Below, piece by piece: positions 33,566 to 35,578 of a DNA stretch of 35,578 nucleotides (within the stretch, counting starts at the first letter, position 1; each line of letters begins with the position of its first letter). A program made the translations under genes and the position numbers. Location: NCBI GenBank assembly GCA_001873675.1, contig MNZP01000152.1, positions 1 through 35,578 on the forward strand, given 5' to 3'. Source of the DNA: Syntrophaceae bacterium CG2_30_49_12 (lineage in GTDB: Bacteria > Desulfobacterota > Syntrophia > Syntrophales > CG2-30-49-12). Under the pieces are notes generated by a model. It was not told where the DNA came from. It did not search any database and saw nothing but the letters and a program-made list of their open reading frames with translations.

Positions 33566-34825
33566 TTACAGAGGATAGACAAATATCCCGCTTGCCGGCT
33601 TGGGCGCAAACCATGTGGACTTTGGAGGCATGATTCCACCTGCATCCACGACGTCCATCAGTTGTAGCACCTCTATCGGATATAGAGAAAAAGCGACGGC
33701 AAATTCGCCTGAGTCCACAAGCCTTTCTAATTCCTTACATTCCCTTATACCGCCGACGAACTCTATTCGGCTGTCCGTTCTCAGATCATGGATCCCCAGT
33801 ACAGGCCCCAGGAGATGCTCGTGCAGGATGGAAACATCGAGTTTCCTGAGGGGATTATTCCCTTCATAACAGTTGTAAAGACTGTTTCTCCGTGTCAACT
33901 TGTACCACTTTCCGTCCAGATACATCCCGAATTCACCTGGCCGTCCAGGTGATTTTTCTCTAAAGTCTTCAGTGATCAGGAACTTTTCACCGATTTTATT
34001 GAAAAATTCTTCTCCCCCCAGAAATGCCTGTATATCTCTAACGACCCGATTATACTCCATAATCTTAAGATGATCATGGGGAAACAGAACAGCCATGATG
34101 TAGTTATAGGCTTCGTCGCCTCTGTTACCTGAGTTTTGTTCTCTCCTCATCCTCCCCACCGCGGCGGCGGCGGCGGCACGGTGGTGACCATCGGCAATGT
34201 AGAGCGTATCAACACTTGCGAATTCATCTGCCACGGCGTTGATCTCTTTTTCATCCATTATAATCCAGACCGTGTGAGAGACGCTATCATCAGCGGTAAA
34301 ATCGTATTCAGGTTGCTTCATGACAACCCCTTCAATAATACGATTAATAGAGTCCCTCCGTCTGTAAGTTACAAATACCGGCCCTGTCTGGGCATTAACG
34401 GCGGTAATATGTCTGATGCGATCTATCTCCTTATCAGTTCTCGTCAGTTCATGTTTTTTGAGCCCGCCTGATTCGTATTCAGCGACACTGATCCCGCCGA
34501 CAATGCCATACTGCTCATGGCCGGCCATTTTCTGACGATAGACGTAAAAACAGGCCTTTTTCTCCTGAAACAGGATGCCTTCCTGCATAAGACGATTCAG
34601 ATTCCGCCCTGCTGTCTCGTAAATGTCGGTACCGATATCAGTGCCGATACCTGAGCAGGATAATGCCTCGATCTCCGATTTTTCCACGCGTAAAAAGCTT
34701 AGAGGATTGCCGGCGGCAATCTTCCTCGCCTCTTCTGTGGTTACCACATCATAAGGACAGGAGGCTACCGCCTTTACGTATTGCCTCTGCGGTCTGAGCG
34801 CATTAAAGGGAACAACAACAGCCAT
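33566..34825 (-). CDS. DUF1015 family protein
   Basis: Start set to ATG 34825 (MAVVVPFNALRP..., SD AGAGGA). The N-terminal PFNALRP, the ...LYIADGHHRAAAA motif and the ~420 aa size match my memory of DUF1015/COG4198. Confidence 0.65.
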   Translation of the reverse strand: MAVVVPFNALRPQRQYVKAVASCPYDVVTTEEARKIAAGNPLSFLRVEKSEIEALSCSGIGTDIGTDIYETAGRNLNRLMQEGILFQEKKACFYVYRQKMAGHEQYGIVGGISVAEYESGGLKKHELTRTDKEIDRIRHITAVNAQTGPVFVTYRRRDSINRIIEGVVMKQPEYDFTADDSVSHTVWIIMDEKEINAVADEFASVDTLYIADGHHRAAAAAAVGRMRREQNSGNRGDEAYNYIMAVLFPHDHLKIMEYNRVVRDIQAFLGGEEFFNKIGEKFLITEDFREKSPGRPGEFGMYLDGKWYKLTRRNSLYNCYEGNNPLRKLDVSILHEHLLGPVLGIHDLRTDSRIEFVGGIRECKELERLVDSGEFAVAFSLYPIEVLQLMDVVDAGGIMPPKSTWFAPKPASGIFVYPL

Positions 34826-34953
34826 AAAATTTTCCTCTTGCCAAATTTCTACCACAGAGGCATATTGAAATCAATCCAAAAGGCGATGATGGAAAGCAGT
34901 CTCTTCATTCACTACTCACGTTCTCTGAAAATATCTTCTGTCAAAAGATCTCC

Positions 34954-34983
34954 TTGACAAAAGGGTCCCCCCAATACTATAAT
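34954..34983 (+). promoter_or_regulatory. near-consensus sigma70 promoter upstream of the small zinc-ribbon ORF
   Basis: TTGACA (34954-34959), an 18-nt spacer, then TATAAT (34978-34983). Confidence 0.5.
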
Positions 34984-35055
34984 ATAATAAACTATTTGGG
35001 GTGGGGAGCTGTTTGCTGGCGGACAAAAAACTAAATGAGAGGAGGAAATGAGATT

Positions 35056-35253
35056 ATGAGATGTGTTGAGTGCAATTATGAGGCGCCGGTTAATAAGTTT
35101 CGTTATCTGTATAATGCTCGAATTGACGATTCTATTAGTATGAGGCAATGTCCCAAATGCATGGCCTGGCTTATAGTTGATGAGTTCAGTGGTGAGGTAA
35201 AACAAAAGGCAGAGTCGGGAGAGTCGCCATGGGGCAAGTCATCCGGTTTATAG
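35056..35253 (+). CDS. small zinc-ribbon protein (65 aa)
   Basis: MRCVECNYEAPVNKF...MRQCPKCMAWLIV has two C-x2-C pairs. GAGGAGG lies 11 nt upstream of ATG 35056; the track's ATG 35035 would lack an SD. No family recognised. Confidence 0.45.
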   Translation: MRCVECNYEAPVNKFRYLYNARIDDSISMRQCPKCMAWLIVDEFSGEVKQKAESGESPWGKSSGL

Positions 35254-35320
35254 TTATAGAGGTGATAAACCTTAACCAAAGGAGGGTACCTAATACTGGC
35301 CATTTAATTTAGCAAATTTA

Positions 35321-35350
35321 TTGACAATTTACTGTTTATTAAGTTATAAT
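35321..35350 (+). promoter_or_regulatory. near-consensus sigma70 promoter upstream of the transposase gene
   Basis: TTGACA (35321-35326), an 18-nt spacer, then TATAAT (35345-35350). Confidence 0.5.
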
Positions 35351-35387
35351 TGCCTCCAAAATAACGATTATAGGAGGCACCCAACAG

Positions 35388-35578
35388 ATGAAGACATTTT
35401 CTACAGAGTACACGGGAAAGAATCTGACCAAGAATGCCGGACTTGTCAATCTGGGGAAGTTTGCCGACAAGATTGGCCTGCCTGGGATACTGGATCGGCG
35501 ACTGACCATCAAACGAGGTGTTACTGCGGATTATGCGATAGCCGATGTGGTCATGATGCTCATGATGGGCGTTTTGGC
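35388..35578 (+). CDS. DDE transposase, IS4/IS1380-superfamily-like, N-terminal part (runs off the window)
   Basis: SD TAGGAGG 10 nt upstream. MKTFSTEYTGKNLTKNAGLVNLGKFADKIGLPGILDRRLTIKRGVTADYAIADVVMMLMMGVL resembles the conserved N-terminus (..LT..AGL.....F...lGl......l.i.R......y) of IS4/IS1380-type transposases as I recall them. Only 63 codons are visible. Confidence 0.5.
   Translation, partial: MKTFSTEYTGKNLTKNAGLVNLGKFADKIGLPGILDRRLTIKRGVTADYAIADVVMMLMMGVL

Noticed and set aside
34630-34660. A tandem 12-nt duplication in DUF1015 encoding GTDIGTDI.
   Set aside because: It is an in-frame micro-duplication within a loop-like region and is likely neutral.
34912-35205. A 97-aa minus-strand ORF overlapping the small zinc-ribbon gene and its promoter.
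   Set aside because: The plus-strand ORF has a consensus promoter, an SD and paired C-x2-C motifs. The minus-strand frame has none of these.

Overview
This 35.6-kb chromosomal window probably comes from an anaerobic Desulfobacterota ('deltaproteobacterial')-type genome. That origin is inferred from gene content only: a DsrMK/HmcEF-like module, HgdAB/BcrBC-family subunits and a Cys-rich sensor kinase.

Layout, left to right:
1. The edge of an integrated element: a degraded tyrosine integrase abutting the 3' end of tRNA-Val(CAC).
2. Polysaccharide-export remnants: a Wzz-like fragment and a Wzi-like outer-membrane protein.
3. An accessory three-gene unit: an eRF1-fold-like protein candidate, an orphan 227-aa ORF and an Rrf2 regulator.
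4. A minus-strand redox/signalling operon: NarI/DsrM-like cytochrome b, HdrD/DsrK-like Fe-S protein, a receiver-only response regulator, and a histidine kinase with a Cys-rich insert.
5. A plus-strand biosynthetic block: argF-argG-argH-lipoprotein-lysA-dapA-trpC-trpF.
6. A minus-strand run: tRNA-Thr(CGU)-hsp20-lon-(acyl-AMP ligase/carrier/acyltransferase fusion)-arfB.
7. A plus-strand cluster: SDR, two 2-hydroxyacyl-CoA-dehydratase-family subunits, an alanine racemase carrying a ~275-aa unknown C-terminal extension, and a crotonase with a zinc-ribbon tail.
8. DciA(DUF721), a TrmN6-like methyltransferase, DUF1015, a small zinc-ribbon ORF, and the 5' end of an IS transposase running off the window.

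The least expected signals are non-coding:
- A 123-bp MITE-like element with perfect 16-bp inverted ends. It occurs as three near-identical copies plus one solo end, often sharing a base with the TAA stop of the upstream gene.
- Long intercistronic hairpins whose arms are built from tandem ~7-nt units (GGTTCAC / GGTTAAC type). Two copies start 5 nt after a TAA and keep the same orientation relative to transcription.

No CRISPR array, rRNA or recognisable defence system was seen. All functional calls rest on motif recognition by eye and need database or structure searches to confirm.
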